Shown: positions 32,373 through 46,583, counted from the stretch's first letter. The stretch: 51,418 bases of DNA from Octopus bimaculoides (GCF_001194135.2 NC_068996.1:13740400-13791817); one strand, 5' to 3'. Made by a program: numbers and translations. Notes: generated from the sequence alone by a model not told the origin.

Positions 32373-34990
32373 AGCCGTGACAAACAAAAACAAATAAGTG
32401 ACTTACTATTTAATGAGCTTAAACAAACAATCGACCAGTTAGTTGGATATTTAACAAATTGACTAATAATAGAGGAGTGGAATTTAAGCAGTATGTGTGT
32501 TAATAATATTGGCACAATTACTTTCCCTAGACACAACATACTTAGAAAAGAACAAATGTGGAAAAGGAGGAAGAATTTAAGACAAGATCTGAGTAGAATA
32601 GAAGCCTGGAAACTGAACAAGTTTGGAAACACAAAATGTAAATCTTCTCATCAAAAAAAGATATTAGTCAAATCAAAAGGATTTCGAATAGTCACGGAAG
32701 AGTTGAAACAGCGTATCATAGCAGAAACAGGTAAGATTTCCAAACATCAGGTAAGAATAGATCAGTATCATCACAATAGGTTATTTGAGACGAATCAGAG
32801 GAGACTGTAAAGCCAAATAAATAGTGGAGAAGAAAGTACTGAATATGAAAAACCTAATGCAGAAGCTAGAAAATTATGGAGTAATATATGGGATAAACCA
32901 GTCAATCATAATGGAGATGTAGCATGGTTAAAAAGAAAGTAAGGGAAGTAGTCAGTGAAAATCTGCCAGATCTATGACTAACTAGCGAATTAATAAGTAA
33001 AGTGTTAGGAAAAATGCCGAATGGGAAGGGCCCAGGAACAGATTTAGTTCAACAGTGAGAGGCTAAGGGAACAACTTCAAGATTGCCTGAATGGGGGAGT
33101 AATATTAGATTACATGACTAGAGAGAGAACAGTACTCTTTATGAAAGACAAATGGCAAGGGAAATACAACTAATAATAGACCAATCACTTGCTTACCACT
33201 GATGTGGAATTTGTTAAAAGGAATGCTTTCAGAAAGCATTTACGAGTACCTTGATAGCAAGAACTTGCCACCAGAATAACAGAGAGGTTGCAGGAAGAAG
33301 GCTATAGGAACGAATGATCTATTATAAATAAACAAAGCAGTTCTAAAAGGAGTGAAATCTAGAAAGATAAAAATTAACAATAGCATCGATAGATCATAAG
33401 AAGCTAATGACATGATTCCATACTCATGGATAAGTGAAAGTTTGAGTATATTCATTATTGTAGACAACATAAGAGAATTAATTCGCTTTAGCATGAAGAA
33501 ATGGAAATTGGATCTCTGCTCAGATGACACAGCCTTAGAGTAAGTTTATATTAAGAAAAGAATTTTCCAAGGAGACTCACGATCCCCTTTAATCCATCTA
33601 AGTTTAGTATTAAAAAAAGGCAAAGCAGGATATCAGTTTAGAAATAGTAAAGGAAAAATTAACCATTTGATCTACATTGATGATAGATTCCCTAATATAG
33701 CCTGTAAGACACTTCAGCAAATATATAGGCATGGAATTTGTCATTGATAAGTGTGCAATATTAGTCACGAAAAAGGGCCAGATATTCAACAGTGAAGGCA
33801 TCCAATTACCAGATGAACGGACATTAAAACCATTGAAAGTTATAAGTATCTAGAAGTATTAGGATCTGACAGAGTACTAACTACAGAAATGGAAACGAAA
33901 ATTGAAGCGTACATCAGAAGGGTGAGGAAACTAATAAAGTCAAAACTAAATGGCCCGAATCTAGCAAAGGTGGTAAATACTTGGACAATATCGTTATCTA
34001 GATACTTAGCAGCTTTTGTAGATTGGACAAAATCTTAATTAGTAAAGCTATACAGAAGAACCAGGAATGAATACAATATGAATGGAGTACTTCACCAAGT
34101 GCAGGAGTGGCAAGATTACACTTACCTAGAGAGGCGAGTGGAAGAGAGTTAATACCCGTAGAAGACTGCGTAGAGTTAGCTAGCGTAGATATAGCCTCCT
34201 ATGTACGTAATAGGGAAGAAAGTTTATTAAGAGCTGGTAGAGTCACAGGGAAACCAATAAGACAAATGAAGTTAAAAATCAGAAATAGGAAGATCATCTA
34301 ACTGGCAAGAAAAAAGCTTTTCATTGTAGATTCCGAAAGATAGTTGCAGGAAATAGTGATAGTGAGACATAATTATGGCTGCAGTAAGGAAGGCTGAAAA
34401 GGTAGACTGAGAGTTTGTTAATAGCAGCACAAGATCAAGCATTGAGGACTAGTTGGATAAAAGTGTAACTCATATAGTAAGCGAATGCAGTAAAGAATGT
34501 AGTGAATGCTGGTACAGAAAGAATACACGAAAAAACAGAGTGATAAACTAGGGAGAATAATCCTCTGGGAGTCATGTAGAAAGCTAGGATTTGAACATAT
34601 GGATAAATGGTATGAACACGAACCTAATAAAGTACTAGAAAGTAAGAAATATTAGACGTTGTGGGATTTTGACATTCCGACTGACAGAGTAATAGAAGTT
34701 AGAAGGCTTGATTCGGTAGTAGATAAAGAGAATAGAAAGTGCCACATAATTGACTTTAGAGTCCCAAATGATGAGAAAGTCAATATGAGAGGTATAGAGG
34801 AAATAGCAAAGTACCAGAACCTAGCCATTAAGGTACAGAGACTATGGAAAAACGTGTAAAATGTATCCCTGTAGTTATAGGTGCATTAGGAACTATCCCT
34901 AAAGCTTTGAACGGATAGATAGAGAAAATAGGTAGTTTAGTACAGGGACAGCTAGAAAACTTAGGTGAGTTCTTGGCAACTAAGGCTACT
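32373..34990 (+). mobile_element. R4/Dong-like RLE retrotransposon, nearly full ORF, pseudogenised
   Basis: LRQDLSRIEAW, EELKQRII, NRLFETNQRRL, KMPNGKGPGTDLVQ, RPITCLPLMWNLL, QRGCRKKAIGTNDLLLINKAVL, IFQGDS, INHLIYIDD, ARLHLPRE, TESLLIAAQDQAL, LWDFDIPTDRVIEVRR, IIDFRVPND, IPVVIGALGTIPK. Confidence 0.93.
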
Positions 34991-35069
34991 TGTTGTAGCC
35001 CGATGTTAGGAATTTTTCTTTTCCAGCAATTTAATCTGTTGCACAATGCCAGCAAAAGATTGCGGTCAA

Positions 35070-35570
35070 ATCTATTACATCGGTCCAGTCTTCAACTGAT
35101 ACTTTAGGATTTTATCGACACTGAAATCATGAAAGGCAGATTAAATAATAATAGTTTTGTTGTTTTTCTAATTTAGGCACAAGGTCAGCAATTTCAACCA
35201 GTGTGAAATGAAGTACTTGACTGGTATTTCATTTTATCAACCCTGAAGGAATAAAAGGCTGAGTTGTCTTCGGCAGGATTTGAACTATGAACATAAAGTG
35301 AAGGAACACATACCGTAAATCATTTATTCTAACGTTCTAACATTTCTTCCAGCTTTGTGTAATTTAGGCACAAGGCCGGCAATGTTGAATGAAAGGACAA
35401 GTCGATTAAATAGGTTCCTGTACTTGACTAGTACTTATTTTATTGACCCCGATTATGATGAAAAGCAAATCTTCCGACTATTTACGTTCTTAGATCAAAT
35501 CCTCCAGTGGGATTTGAACGCAGAATGTAAATAGCCAAAAGAAATGCTACTAGGCATTTGACTCCGGATT
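35070..35570 (-). mobile_element. Cluster of three tandem SINE family B fragments
   Basis: Repeated TTTTAT(C/T)(G/A)AC..GAAAGGC blocks and AATTTAGGCACAAGG tails. Confidence 0.7.
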
Positions 35571-35879
35571 GCAATAGATTTTAATGTCTTCATTTACTCC
35601 TCTCTACAACTGCATTGGCTGAACTAGTTTATAGATCAGTTGCAGTTTCCTGGTTTTGTATGGAATTCTCTTTCCATTTCCTTCATTAATATCCAGTTTA
35701 TTATGGAGAACATTTGACAATTGGAGCAGCAGAAGCTTTAGAATTAGTTTCTTCTAAGTTTTACTTCTCATTAATCACATATTAAATACTAACATCATTT
35801 AGCAGTACGGTCATATTCTGGTACATCTAAATAAAATGTGAAGTTCCTTCCGGTTAACTTTCCGTTTAGTATCAAATAC

Positions 35880-36360
35880 TTTGAATTATGAATCTTTTAA
35901 ATTTCAGATGCTCCACCACCCACGCTTTTTTTTCTTTCCTATTTTGGAATACAACGCTCTTTGGTTTATGCCATCGCTTTGGTATCTTTAAATCTCTTTG
36001 CATTCTTTGCAATTTTTTGTAATATGCTACGTTTTGGCAAATGTCAGTTCTTTCGATTCATTCTACCTTTTGGTAGATCTTGCTTCCTGCTAGATGTCAC
36101 TTTTGGATACACTCTACTTTTTAATATATGCTAATTTTTGGTACATTACGTCTTATCCACAAGTAATATCAAAGCTTATAGTCTAAGCACCATTCTAGAT
36201 TTTGGAATACGTCGCTTTTAACTATACAATCCATTGGGATATTCGCTCTTTGAAGCACTAATTCTTCGTGACATTTCCAATGTAAGATTGGAAATTTAAA
36301 GTCATCCATACAAAAGAAGCGATTGCTATTTCTTCGTTTCTAAGTTGTAGCCATAGAGTA
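35880..36360 (-). mobile_element. Very decayed R4/Dong-like RT fragment beginning at an (AAC/AAT)n tract
   Basis: GYNL..NRFFCMDDFKF resembles the clade motif NHLFYMDDLKLF; the remainder is poorly readable. Confidence 0.45.
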
Positions 36361-36472
36361 TTGTTATTGTTGTTGTTGTTGTTAACATTATTATTATTTC
36401 TGTTATCATTAATGGTTGTCGTAGCAGTAGCAATAATAAAGATAACAATAGTCATGATGGTAGTGATGATGA

Positions 36473-36590
<118 letters not shown>

Positions 36591-36706
36591 GGTACTACTA
36601 CTACCACTACTGCTGCTGTTACTACTATTACTGCTGCCACTACTGCTACTACTACTAGGACTACTACTATTACTCTATTCCTACTACTAACACTACTATT
36701 ACTGCT

Positions 36707-36800
36707 ACCCTTAGGAGATGGGTAGTCATGATGAGTATATTGGGCCTCGTGCATTCGTACCCCAGCGTTACTTTGATGACGTGTTCTGCTCTCTCAGTCA
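36707..36800 (+). mobile_element. Short retroposon family D, 3' end, followed by (AAC)n(AAT)n
   Basis: GGGTAGTCATGATG..ACCCCAG..ACTTTGATG..CTGCTCTC shared with 39186-39301 and 44082-44150. Confidence 0.7.
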
Positions 36801-36870
36801 ATAACAACAGCAAGAACAACAACAACAACAACAACAACAATAATAATAATAATCATAATAATAATAATTA

Positions 36871-36947
<77 letters not shown>

Positions 36948-36969
36948 AATATACGTAAATTACCATCAT

Positions 36970-37280
36970 CCATGCAGGAAGCGTCAAAGACTGTATTAAC
37001 TGGTGCGTCACGCGTACTGACAAAGGCACTGTCACTGTGATTTTTTTTTCCTTTTTCCCCTTTATTTCTTTTGTTTACTTTTTATTTTTTATTTTTATTT
37101 TTTCTCTCTGTCTTACTTCCCATTTTCTCTATCATATGGCTAAGTAAATGTTCAATCTGGTGTGCTTATTTTAATGGACTACCAATGTATACAGTACGTT
37201 TCTCTGCCCAAATTGTCAAGAAGACAGTTGGCAAGAAGTGGAAACATAACTGGAAGAAGATGATAATGAAATTGATAATA
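36970..37280 (+). mobile_element. R4/Dong-like extreme 3' end and 3' UTR, 5'-truncated
   Basis: TTAACTGGTGCGTCACGCGTACTGA..CAATCTGGTGTG..TTTTAATGG.CTACCAAT..GAAGACA..GGCAAGAA..GAAGATGATAATGAAA matches 28588-28870. Confidence 0.85.
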
Positions 37281-37346
37281 ATTATAGGGACTGGAAATGA
37301 TAAAAGATCATGTAGACAGATTCAAAACTCCAACACCAGGACTTAC

Positions 37347-37415
37347 AAATATAACAGACAGTAAACAACACCTCCAGGCATCGCACATGTATCTGAACAC
37401 ATTCGATACAAGAAA
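37347..37415 (-). CDS. Candidate 69-nt exon (phase 0 reading FLVSNVFRYMCDAWRCCLLSVIF)
   Basis: Strong acceptor gtattttgtattttag and strong donor TTT|gtaagt; all three frames are open, so the frame is undetermined. Confidence 0.35.
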
Positions 37416-37689
37416 CTAAAATACAAAATACACTGCACGTCCGCCAGAATCAGAGCTGCTTGCAGTAGTACAGTGAAAGAAATAATAGAATTAAGAATAA
37501 TTACACTTGCAGGACATTATTATAAATGTGTTTCTTTGTATTGTGATGTCTCTGTTTAACATTGCTTTATTCTGTAAAATATCTTAATTTTGCAAAGCAC
37601 AACGATCGAACGCGTGTCGTGGAGAACAAAATAATGAATTGATATGCTGGCAGAATCGTTTGCACATCGAAGAAATTGCTTACTGTCGT

Positions 37690-37835
37690 TTTTCTGGTGT
37701 TTACCTTTTTAGGTCAAAGCTTGCCTTTTCCACTTTCAGTGTTTATAACATAAGTAGCAGTCAAGTATCGGGATCGACGTAATCGACTTGCCCCACCCTA
37801 CAAAATTATTGACTTTGTACTAAAATTCGAAAAAT
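37690..37835 (+). mobile_element. SINE family B, diverged copy
   Basis: GGTCAAAGCTTGCCTTTTCC..GGGATCGACGTAATCGACTTGCCCC. Confidence 0.6.
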
Positions 37836-39185
37836 CATTGATATTTCTTTGTGGTGTACCCATTCATGCTCTTTTTCAATGAAGGTGTATGGATCTTGTC
37901 GTCCAGGATCTGATAACGGAGTGGTAGCATTTGTTTTAGAAAGGCTTTGAACTCGAGTTACAGACAATTATTTTGGACTTGCATGGGAAGATTGTCGAGG
38001 TGAACGTGAGCAACAGTTAAGGCCGTAACTTCAGCCAATCTAAGACAAGGTATTATTTTCAGCTTAGTTTACCTTCAGTCGTCTGAAGGTGTTTTAGGAA
38101 TTTCTCATTTTTTAGTACTTGTGAGAGATTGGAATGACATTTTAGAAGCACGTTAGAACTGAGTGTCGCTAACCATTAGGAAATGGGGTATAAAAACCGC
38201 TTAGGCCTGCTCAGTAAATTCCAACATGCATAAAGCTGACATGAAGTAATCACAAACAAGTCATCCATATCAAACATTGATAGGATATTTGTTTAGTCAG
38301 TGAATAGAGATAGTGGAGGATGTTCGCAATTTCAAGCTGTGCTTTACAGAGATCCGTAACTTGTGACAGCCGATTTATTTATAAAAAAATAAATAGGTTG
38401 CTGGACAGTGAGCACATAATTTTCAACGCTAATGTTAACAATATCGATGAGACGGGAATGACGACGAAAGCCTACCAGGAAAAACAGCAACAATAGCTAC
38501 ATACATACGTTTTCCAAACGGAAGAAATATGCTTTAAAGAAAAAAGATATAAAGATATTTTGAAGAAACAGATGGGAGTAGTAATTCTTCCTCTAGGTAC
38601 AAAGAGAATATAATGTAAATTCTCAGCCAGAGAAAGAATGTCTATGTGGCAGATTTATGTAACCAAATAAAAATTTTATCCAACAGCGAGAAAGAATATC
38701 TATGTGGCAGATTTATGTAACCCGTAAAATTTTATCCAAAGGCGAGCAAGGAGGAAGATAACGTAGTTTTATATCTAAAATTACAGAGGCTATCTTGAAG
38801 TCGTCAAAACAACTAGGTGTAAATCTGATGTGTGGAGTGATATCTTCAGCGTCGAGCTGGGTTGATGAGAGTGTGAGTCTGGGTTTCTAACCTGAGGTAG
38901 GAAGCTCATGAAGTGTTCGGGAATGAAACAGCCGCCAACCGAAGCTATCTGAGATGAGCACTTAGAAAAGAAACCCTTCTGTAAGCACTTCACTTGTTCA
39001 TTGTCCGACCATAACTGATTTCTAGAGTTATATTGAGCAACGATGCTTACATGGACGAATGATCTAACTATCAACCAAGGCCATTGTGTAGTTCGTCACT
39101 GATCGGTAAGTGCACAATTTTCGTTTGTTTGGTGGCCATAATAGAAGCAGCTGTGTTTATCTTGACATGAGATCATTATGACGCG

Positions 39186-39302
39186 CACACATGGTTGTGA
39201 TGCATGTGCCTGGTATAACCTTATCAGACGGGTAGTCATGATGGGTATACTGGACTTGGTAAATTGTAACCCAGTGTCACTTTGATGGCATGCACTGCTC
39301 TC

Positions 39303-39397
<95 letters not shown>

Positions 39398-39476
39398 AAG
39401 AAGAAGAAGAAGAAGAAGAAGAAGAAGAAGAAGAAGAAGAAGAAGAAGAAGAAGAAGAAGAAGAAGAAGAAGAAGA
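39186..39476 (+). mobile_element. Family D 3' end (39186-39301) with a compound (AAT)n(AAG)n tail
   Basis: TGGTTGTGATGCATGTGCCTGG..CTTATCAGACGGGTAGTCATGATGGG..CACTTTGATGGCATGCACTGCTCTC, then microsatellites. Confidence 0.75.
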
Positions 39477-41471
39477 CTTGTGTTATACAGCAAAGAGATG
39501 TCTCTCTAGATAGATGTGAGAAAATTGGATTATTACTAATATTACTAAGTTTTACTGGGTGAAATTTAAAAAAGAAATTGTTTTGCCATCAGATAATGTC
39601 TGAATATTTGGCGTAATACATGTTATAAAGAAAGGAATGTTTCGTAGATATATATTTTTTTGGTAGCGGAAAATACTTCCTTCAGTTTACATCTTCAACC
39701 TGACGTCTTGTACTAGAACAGCAGTTAGAGGTACTAGGTAAAGAAAAAGATATTGTGTAATGTATGCTACATTTTTATAGAAAATGTGGAAAATGTTTTC
39801 GAATACACAGGAACGAATTGAATAACGATAAACAGGGAAAAAATGAAGCAAGCAGATTAACTTGCAAACAGTCACATTTTGATGTCCGTGAGCACATATT
39901 TGAATAACAATAGAAAATGATATCATATTAATAAAAGTCATAATAATAATACCTTTGATAGCAATACAAGCAATGATAAGGTCAGCGATGACGTGCGGAA
40001 GCAATATGCCTAGAGGTAGAGTACCTATATGTCAATGAAAATATGGGTGGTGGCGGAAAATTTGAAATAAATACAGCAGGAACAATGAGAAGTCAATGTG
40101 GAGTGTGATGGGGACGTGGATTCGACCGGGTATAACATATAAACAATTGGCAGTTAATAAGATCCAAATTGTTAGTCTGTGAATAGTTGAACGTTCTTAG
40201 ACAATCCGACGCCTAGAAGGCTCGCGATGAGTTGCGAGACTGATTTTCTGAATATATAAATTCAGAGTCCGTAAAGAAATAGGCTGGCCAGGGTCGTGGA
40301 ATTATCAGACCGAACCTAAGAAGTGTTGTTTTTTTTTCTCGTCTGCGTGTCGGTAGATTGTCCTTATCTGATTCTTATATACTTTTGATATGTGTCTGTG
40401 TGCATATATATNNNNNNNNNNTATATATAAAGAGAGAGAGGGATAAAGACGCATATATTTATGGTGTAAAATTTATGCATGTTTATTTTACCAATTATAA
40501 TTATGATTAATGTCTCTATAACATCCTTGGCTCATGCCTCATTTATATATAAATTTGCATTACGTCTCTACATATCTTCGTTACTCCTAAACGCACACAC
40601 ATACACATATGAAATGGAACAAAAATGCAATGGTTGACAATAAAATACCCGGACAGATAGGCAATACAAAGGTGAACAGGAAAAACAACAAATAGAGGAA
40701 TATGAAAGGAACAAGAACGGGTCATTTGTGGTCTTCTCCCCTCAGTCAAGTATCCAGATTGTCCTTACAGTCTCGGCCAGTTACACTTAAGACTGTTCAA
40801 ATTTGGTTGTCCCTAAAAAGTCTAAGCTAAGACCATTAGATTTTTTGTGAGAAAGGAAGTTAATGTGTACAACAACAAAAACAAGAAACAGAGAACATGT
40901 CCCACAATTACAAATACAAACAACAAGAAAATAATAACAGGTGACTTTCGACTAATAATGACGAATCAAATTGATCTTGTATGTATAAAGTGAAAGCCTT
41001 GAGGCAGGAACATATGAGATGGACATAAGAGATGTTTCGCAGTCGGCAGTTAAGCCAGGAAAAATCATGCCTAACCGAACACCTGTCACATGGAAACAGA
41101 AGAGAGAGGTCGGGGGCAGAGGGGTTGAAGGATTAGGAGAAAAACGAGTAAGAGATAAAATCAAAGAGACAAAGAGAAAGGTATAAGGGAGATAAACGAG
41201 GAGGAAATGTCGGAATTAAAGAGAGGGCCAACAAATGTGAGAGAGGGGGAGTGAGAACAAGAAAAGAGGCAAGAAGGAAGAAGAAAGTATGAGGGGACTA
41301 AAAGACAGTAAAAGAATGGTACAAAATTTAAATACATACTTACTTAAAGGATGAGCAAAAGTGTACGCCGCTATTTTAATAATACTAAAACTCTAGATGT
41401 TTGTTTGTACCCGAAATATCTCAGAAATAGTATATTTTATATTTTTTTTACATATATATTTTGATACTTAC

Positions 41472-41509
41472 GTAAAGCAGGGCAGTACGAATATTTGTGA
41501 CATTTGGAC
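41472..41509 (-). CDS. Candidate 38-nt exon (xPNVTNIRTALLY, phase 1 to 0)
   Basis: Strong donor TAC|gtaagt; weak acceptor, with an alternative AG 2 nt upstream. Confidence 0.2.
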
Positions 41510-42459
41510 CTCTATTTATTGATGAAAACGATTAAACACAACTTTTGGTTGTTGTTTATTGACGAAAAAAACACGGCTTCCGTGATGTCAATACGCATAC
41601 ACATACAGAGTACACACGCATATAATGAATGTCATGGCTTGGGCATCAACACAAACACATGTATGCTATCTGTGACATATACACACACACAAAATCTTCG
41701 CACTCTCTTTCTATCACTCTCTAAGAAAAAACAACAGTGAGAGAGAGAGAGAGAAAGGGAGAGGTAAAAAGAGAGAGAGTATGCGAGAGGGGGAGCGAGA
41801 TCAGAGGCAGTTGGGTAAGAGAAAGAGATAGATTAAAGAGAAAGGATGATGGGAAAACACTATATGAAAGACGAGCAATAGCAAGAGGTGAAAAAATAAA
41901 CGTAAAAGTGGAGGGGGAAGAGGAGGATGTGACGAAAGACGATAAAGAAGAGAAGTGGGAGGAGGAGGATATGACGAGAGATGACAAGGAAGAGGAGGCG
42001 ATTGTTAAGTATAATTATTTGAAACATTTAAACCATGTTTAAACCACGTGAGCTAGGACTAGGGGGGGGGAGTGAGGAGGAAGGTAGTGGTGATTGTACT
42101 CACAATTGTCTTCAGACATTAAATTAATTACTATTGTTTAGATAATTCCAATTAAATAAGACCAGAAGTTACGTTAAATNNNNNNNNNNNNNNNNNNNNN
42201 NNNNNNNNNNNNNNNNNNNNNNNNNNNNNNNNNNNNNNNNNNNNNNNNNNNNNNNNNNNNNNNNNNNNNNNNNNNNNNNNNNNNNNNNNNNNNNNNNNNN
42301 NNNNNNNNNNNNNNNNNNNNNNNNNNNNNNNNNNNNNNNNNNNNNNNNNNNNNNNNNNNNNNNNNNNNNNNNNNNNNNNNNNNNNNNNNNNNNNNNNNNN
42401 NNNNNNNNNNNNNNNNNNNNNNNNNNNNNNNNNNNNNNNNNNNNNNNNNNNNNNNNNNN

Positions 42460-42514
<55 letters not shown>

Positions 42515-42516
<2 letters not shown>

Positions 42517-43410
42517 CAGGGTGCGGTGAATATATTGACGTGTAAATTACACAAAAATGAAAATAACACTGATATATCATTTTAACAGATATATTTACTA
42601 AAATTACATAAACATATATTGAAATACTAAAAAGTAAATTTATTCAATAAAATCGCCATTGCCTTCAACTACGGCCTCCAGAAACTTCAAAATTTCTCGT
42701 ACCTCTTCTGGACGGTCTCCTCGTTTAAGTTCAGTACGTGAATGCTGCCATAATCCTCGCCTTGAGTTCATCCTTGGTGTTACAACGAATTTTATTGCTC
42801 TCTCGTTCAACTGCGCCCCACACCTAATAATCAAGGGGATTGTAGTATGGGAAGTTAGGTGGCCAGATGCTAGGTGTGATGTGGTCGCAGAAATTGTCTG
42901 ACAGCCATGATCGGGTTCTCCTGCTTGTGTGGGAAAGTTCAGAGTCCTGTTGCCAAATAAAGGATCATGAAGCAGCCACCCTTTTTATCCAGGACAGTAC
43001 TACATCCTGCAGGCACTCCATGTAGGCCTCACGGAGGTCGTGCTGAGTGTGAGGCCATGTGGGAAGATAAATAAAGGCATAACGTCACATCAGTAGTGAT
43101 CACTCAAAACAACTTGACGTTGACTGGATATTTCATTTTTATCATTCTTGATACATGCATTATCCTCAGTGTGAGACCCAAACACTCTGAAATGTTCGTA
43201 TTGGAACTTCTGGCGCTAATGCCAAGCAGTAAAGCATGTCGTTCCAAATGTCTGGCAGAGTGAATTGTGTCATGGTGCTGTCGGTAACATATCGTTCTCA
43301 TCAAGAAATTTGCGTTTCTGGTATTCCTCCTGACAGTAACTTCCACATTAATAGGAGGCAAAAAATTGGCCTGTAATTGTTGGCAGCATTTCCTTTTGAT
43401 GCATCGTTCA
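42515..43410 (-). mobile_element. DD37D (maT-family) Tc1/mariner transposon, 3' portion with right TIR
   Basis: TA-CAGGGTGCGG terminus at 42515. Minus-strand IWQQD-SELSHTSRRTRSWLSDNFCDHITPSIWPPNFPYYNPL-DY*VWGAVERE has exactly 37 residues between the two Asp. C-terminus LEAVVEGNGDFIE*. Confidence 0.88.
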
Positions 43411-43627
43411 CACTATTCGTCTTTTTGTCAATCAACCCGGGAATATTTTTGCTCTATCGATCAATATATTAAATTGCTCTGCGATAAATTCATGGCACCT
43501 ACTGAACTTATTATTAAAAATCCTTGTACACCATCGGATAAGCAATTGCTTATCTTTTTACTCATATTTCTGATGCTGTTTTCTGTGAAGTGGGTAGCCT
43601 TTCGCTGGGGATAAAAAGCTATTTACT

Positions 43628-43925
43628 TCAGGCCGCAGAGCCATTCAGCTGAAGTATTATGTTGTTCTTGTTTACTCCATATATCTTACACCAGAACCGT
43701 CGACTTTTATGAACATCAGGAACTAATCTTTCACATTCTATATCATCATTAATTTCTTGATAAAATCTTTCTTGCTCGATTCTAAACAATTGGTTTTGTC
43801 GGTATTGTTTAATTCGTTGTTCAAACCTAGCTGGCTTTGCTTTTTTGGCAAGTATGCGCTGCTTCAGCTTTTCAATTACAGCGCTCAGGCCTTTTATATC
43901 TAGACCATACATCAGCAATTTTTCA
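43628..43925 (-). mobile_element. R4/Dong-like pre-RT fragment adjoining (TAA)n(GAA)n
   Basis: VIEKLKQRILAKKAKPARFEQRIKQYRQNQLFRIEQERFYQEIN..PDVHKSRRFW, homologous to 32690-32900. Confidence 0.85.
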
Positions 43926-43936
43926 AATTAGCGCTC

Positions 43937-44150
<214 letters not shown>

Positions 44151-44164
44151 ATTTCCCAATCACT

Positions 44165-44282
44165 TGTTTCTGTATTCAGTCCCACTGCGTGGCACGTTGG
44201 GCAAGTGTCTTCTACTATAACTTCGGGCCGACCACAGCCTTGTGGGTAGATTTGGCAGACGGAAACTGAAAGAAGCCCGTCG

Positions 44283-44358
<76 letters not shown>

Positions 44359-44575
44359 CGTATGTATGTATGTATGTATGTATGTGTGTGTCTTTGTATC
44401 TGTGTCCTTCCCCTCATAACTGCTTGACAACCGGTGCTGGTGTGTTTGTGTCTCCGTAATCTTGCGGTTCGGCAAAAGAGACCGATAGAATAAGTACCGC
44501 TTCTATAAAAATAATCGAATTACTGGGATCGATTCATTTCACTAAAGATTCAAGGCGGTGCCGCAGCATAGCCTC
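44165..44575 (+). mobile_element. SINE family A, near full length with internal (TA)n(TG)n expansion
   Basis: TTCAGTCCCACTGCGTGGCACG..GGAAACTGAAAGAAGCCCGTCG..GCTTGACAACCGGTGCTGG..CGGTTCGGCAAAAGAGACCGATAGAATAAGTAC. Confidence 0.9.
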
Positions 44576-44579
44576 TTTT

Positions 44580-45163
44580 TCTTGTCTATACCCTCTTGCC
44601 TATATCCTCTTTTTCTTGTCATTCCGTAGTGTTGACACAACTTCCAGTGTATATAAGTCCCAACTCTGTCATTTTTGTGGGTTTATAATTGGTTGGTTAA
44701 GACTGGGCAGCCAGAGACAATATATGATTTATTGGTTCTTCCCATCACCACATATTCTGCAGTTATTTATTGTAGCTTTCTTTATTATATGTCTTTGCGG
44801 GCTTGTGATGGGAAGGCTTTGATTTTGCGCCCCAGTGTTAGTATTTTACTTTGTTTATTTTTTCTGTTAAGCCATGTAAGAGCTTTTCTTGTCATCGTTT
44901 TACCAAGGTATTTTGCAGTTCCAATTTAGCTTAGATTCTAGTTGCTTTGTAGCTTTTATGTTTTTGTTTTCCTTCATAATCATCAGGTATTATGAACTCT
45001 TCTTTCTATTTTTCGGCTTCCTTGAAGAAGGAATATAATTTCTTTTTGCTTTGCTCATGCTTTGTGTCTAATTGTGCTAATTCTCCTTGGTTCTAGGTTA
45101 GGCGTTTCTGTAATCCTATGGTGGATATTTTATGGTAATTTTCTACTACCCTCAATTTATTAT

Positions 45164-45239
<76 letters not shown>

Positions 45240-46385
45240 ACATACACACAAACACACACATATACTCATATATGCATGTATATATTAATGTTTCTATGTC
45301 CGATTTTGGGTGGTCATTTTTTTTCTTCTTTTCTTATCTATTCTGATTAGTTCATTTAATATCCAGTTAAGAATATTGTGACTGTAACTTATAATTAGGA
45401 CAGAGAGCGTATTGATGCCTATTACCTTATTCTTCGCATTGAGCTTTGTTTTATGTATTAATCTAATTTATTTATAATATTCCTTCCTTATTTTTTCTTT
45501 TATTTGTTTGTGTTGTACTGTATCTAGTTCATTGATTTCTAAGTATATATATATGTCTAGATTTGGTCTAGTTCTCTTATTTCATTCCTTATCGTGTGTG
45601 ATATTGTTATTCTTAATTAGTTTTCATCTTTCCAAGGTTGTTTTATCACATTTTTCTAAACCAAATTTCGCATTTATTTCTTAGGTAAATACATGCAGTG
45701 TTTGTAGCAATGTTTCCAGTTGTTTGGCATTCACAGCATACAACTTGAGATCAAAGATATGCAAGAGACGGTTGGTGACTTTACCATAGCATGACGGTTC
45801 AAAGTGCCAGACAAAAAAAGAATGGAGAGAGCAAGTCTCCTTGGAATATTCTTTTTCTAATGGGGTTGTCTTTAGTTTTTATAATTCCCTCTTTAGTCTG
45901 TATCTACAGACCTTTTTGTCATTTGTTCATGACATGTTTTGTAAATGTTCTCTCTGCTGGTATTACCTTACTCATGAGTAGTGATTTCAGAGTCCTTGCG
46001 TGAGGAATGCTGTCAACAAGCTACAGGTAATCGATCCAAGCCATGCTTAGACCCTTCTTTTTCTTTCCCACAGTCGTCCGTTATGGCTTTATTAATCAAT
46101 AATTTATTTTTTACAGCCATATGCCTCTTTACAATATCCCTACTGCTCTTCTGGAAACAAGTTGTTTTCTTCTAGATTCTATGAATCGCATGCCCATTCT
46201 ATGAATATTATTGCAGTTAATGCTCTGTAGGTTGTAGGAGGACATGTTGCAAGTCTGCAGAATCGTGGATTTTTAGTTTAGACGATTTTAGAATTAGAAT
46301 GTTTTCCCTTCTAGGAGTCATTCAGGTGTCGTCTCTGGCTCTATCAGCATGCCATTGATCTTCTCTGCTAGAGTTTTCTCAGTTG
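44580..46385 (-). mobile_element. R4/Dong-like element (RT domains 1-7, thumb, zinc knuckle), beginning at (TAA)n and interrupted by (CA)n
   Basis: LLINKAITDDC, LSMAWIDY, SIPH, RKRIFQGDLLSPFFFCLAL, LKLYAVNAKQLETLLQTL, KFGLEKCDK, NCRICGDG..NHI.SGCPVL, NDRVGTYIHWKLCQHYG. Confidence 0.9.
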
Positions 46386-46392
46386 ATGCTGT

Positions 46393-46406
46393 TGTTGTTA
46401 TTATTA

Positions 46407-46497
<91 letters not shown>

Positions 46498-46508
46498 CAT
46501 CATCATCA

Positions 46509-46583
<75 letters not shown>
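46393..46583. repeat. (TTA)n microsatellite with a (CAT)n interruption
   Basis: Direct reading. Confidence 0.95.

Noticed and set aside
38630-38745. 58-bp tandem duplication
   Set aside because: A simple two-unit local duplication with no associated structure.
38790-39074. 94-aa minus-strand ORF in unique sequence
   Set aside because: No recognisable motif and only weak splice signals; cannot be told apart from a chance ORF.
40100-40380. GC-richer block with small hairpins, possible LTR or DIRS fragment
   Set aside because: No TG..CA pair, TSD, primer-binding site or second copy that I could establish.
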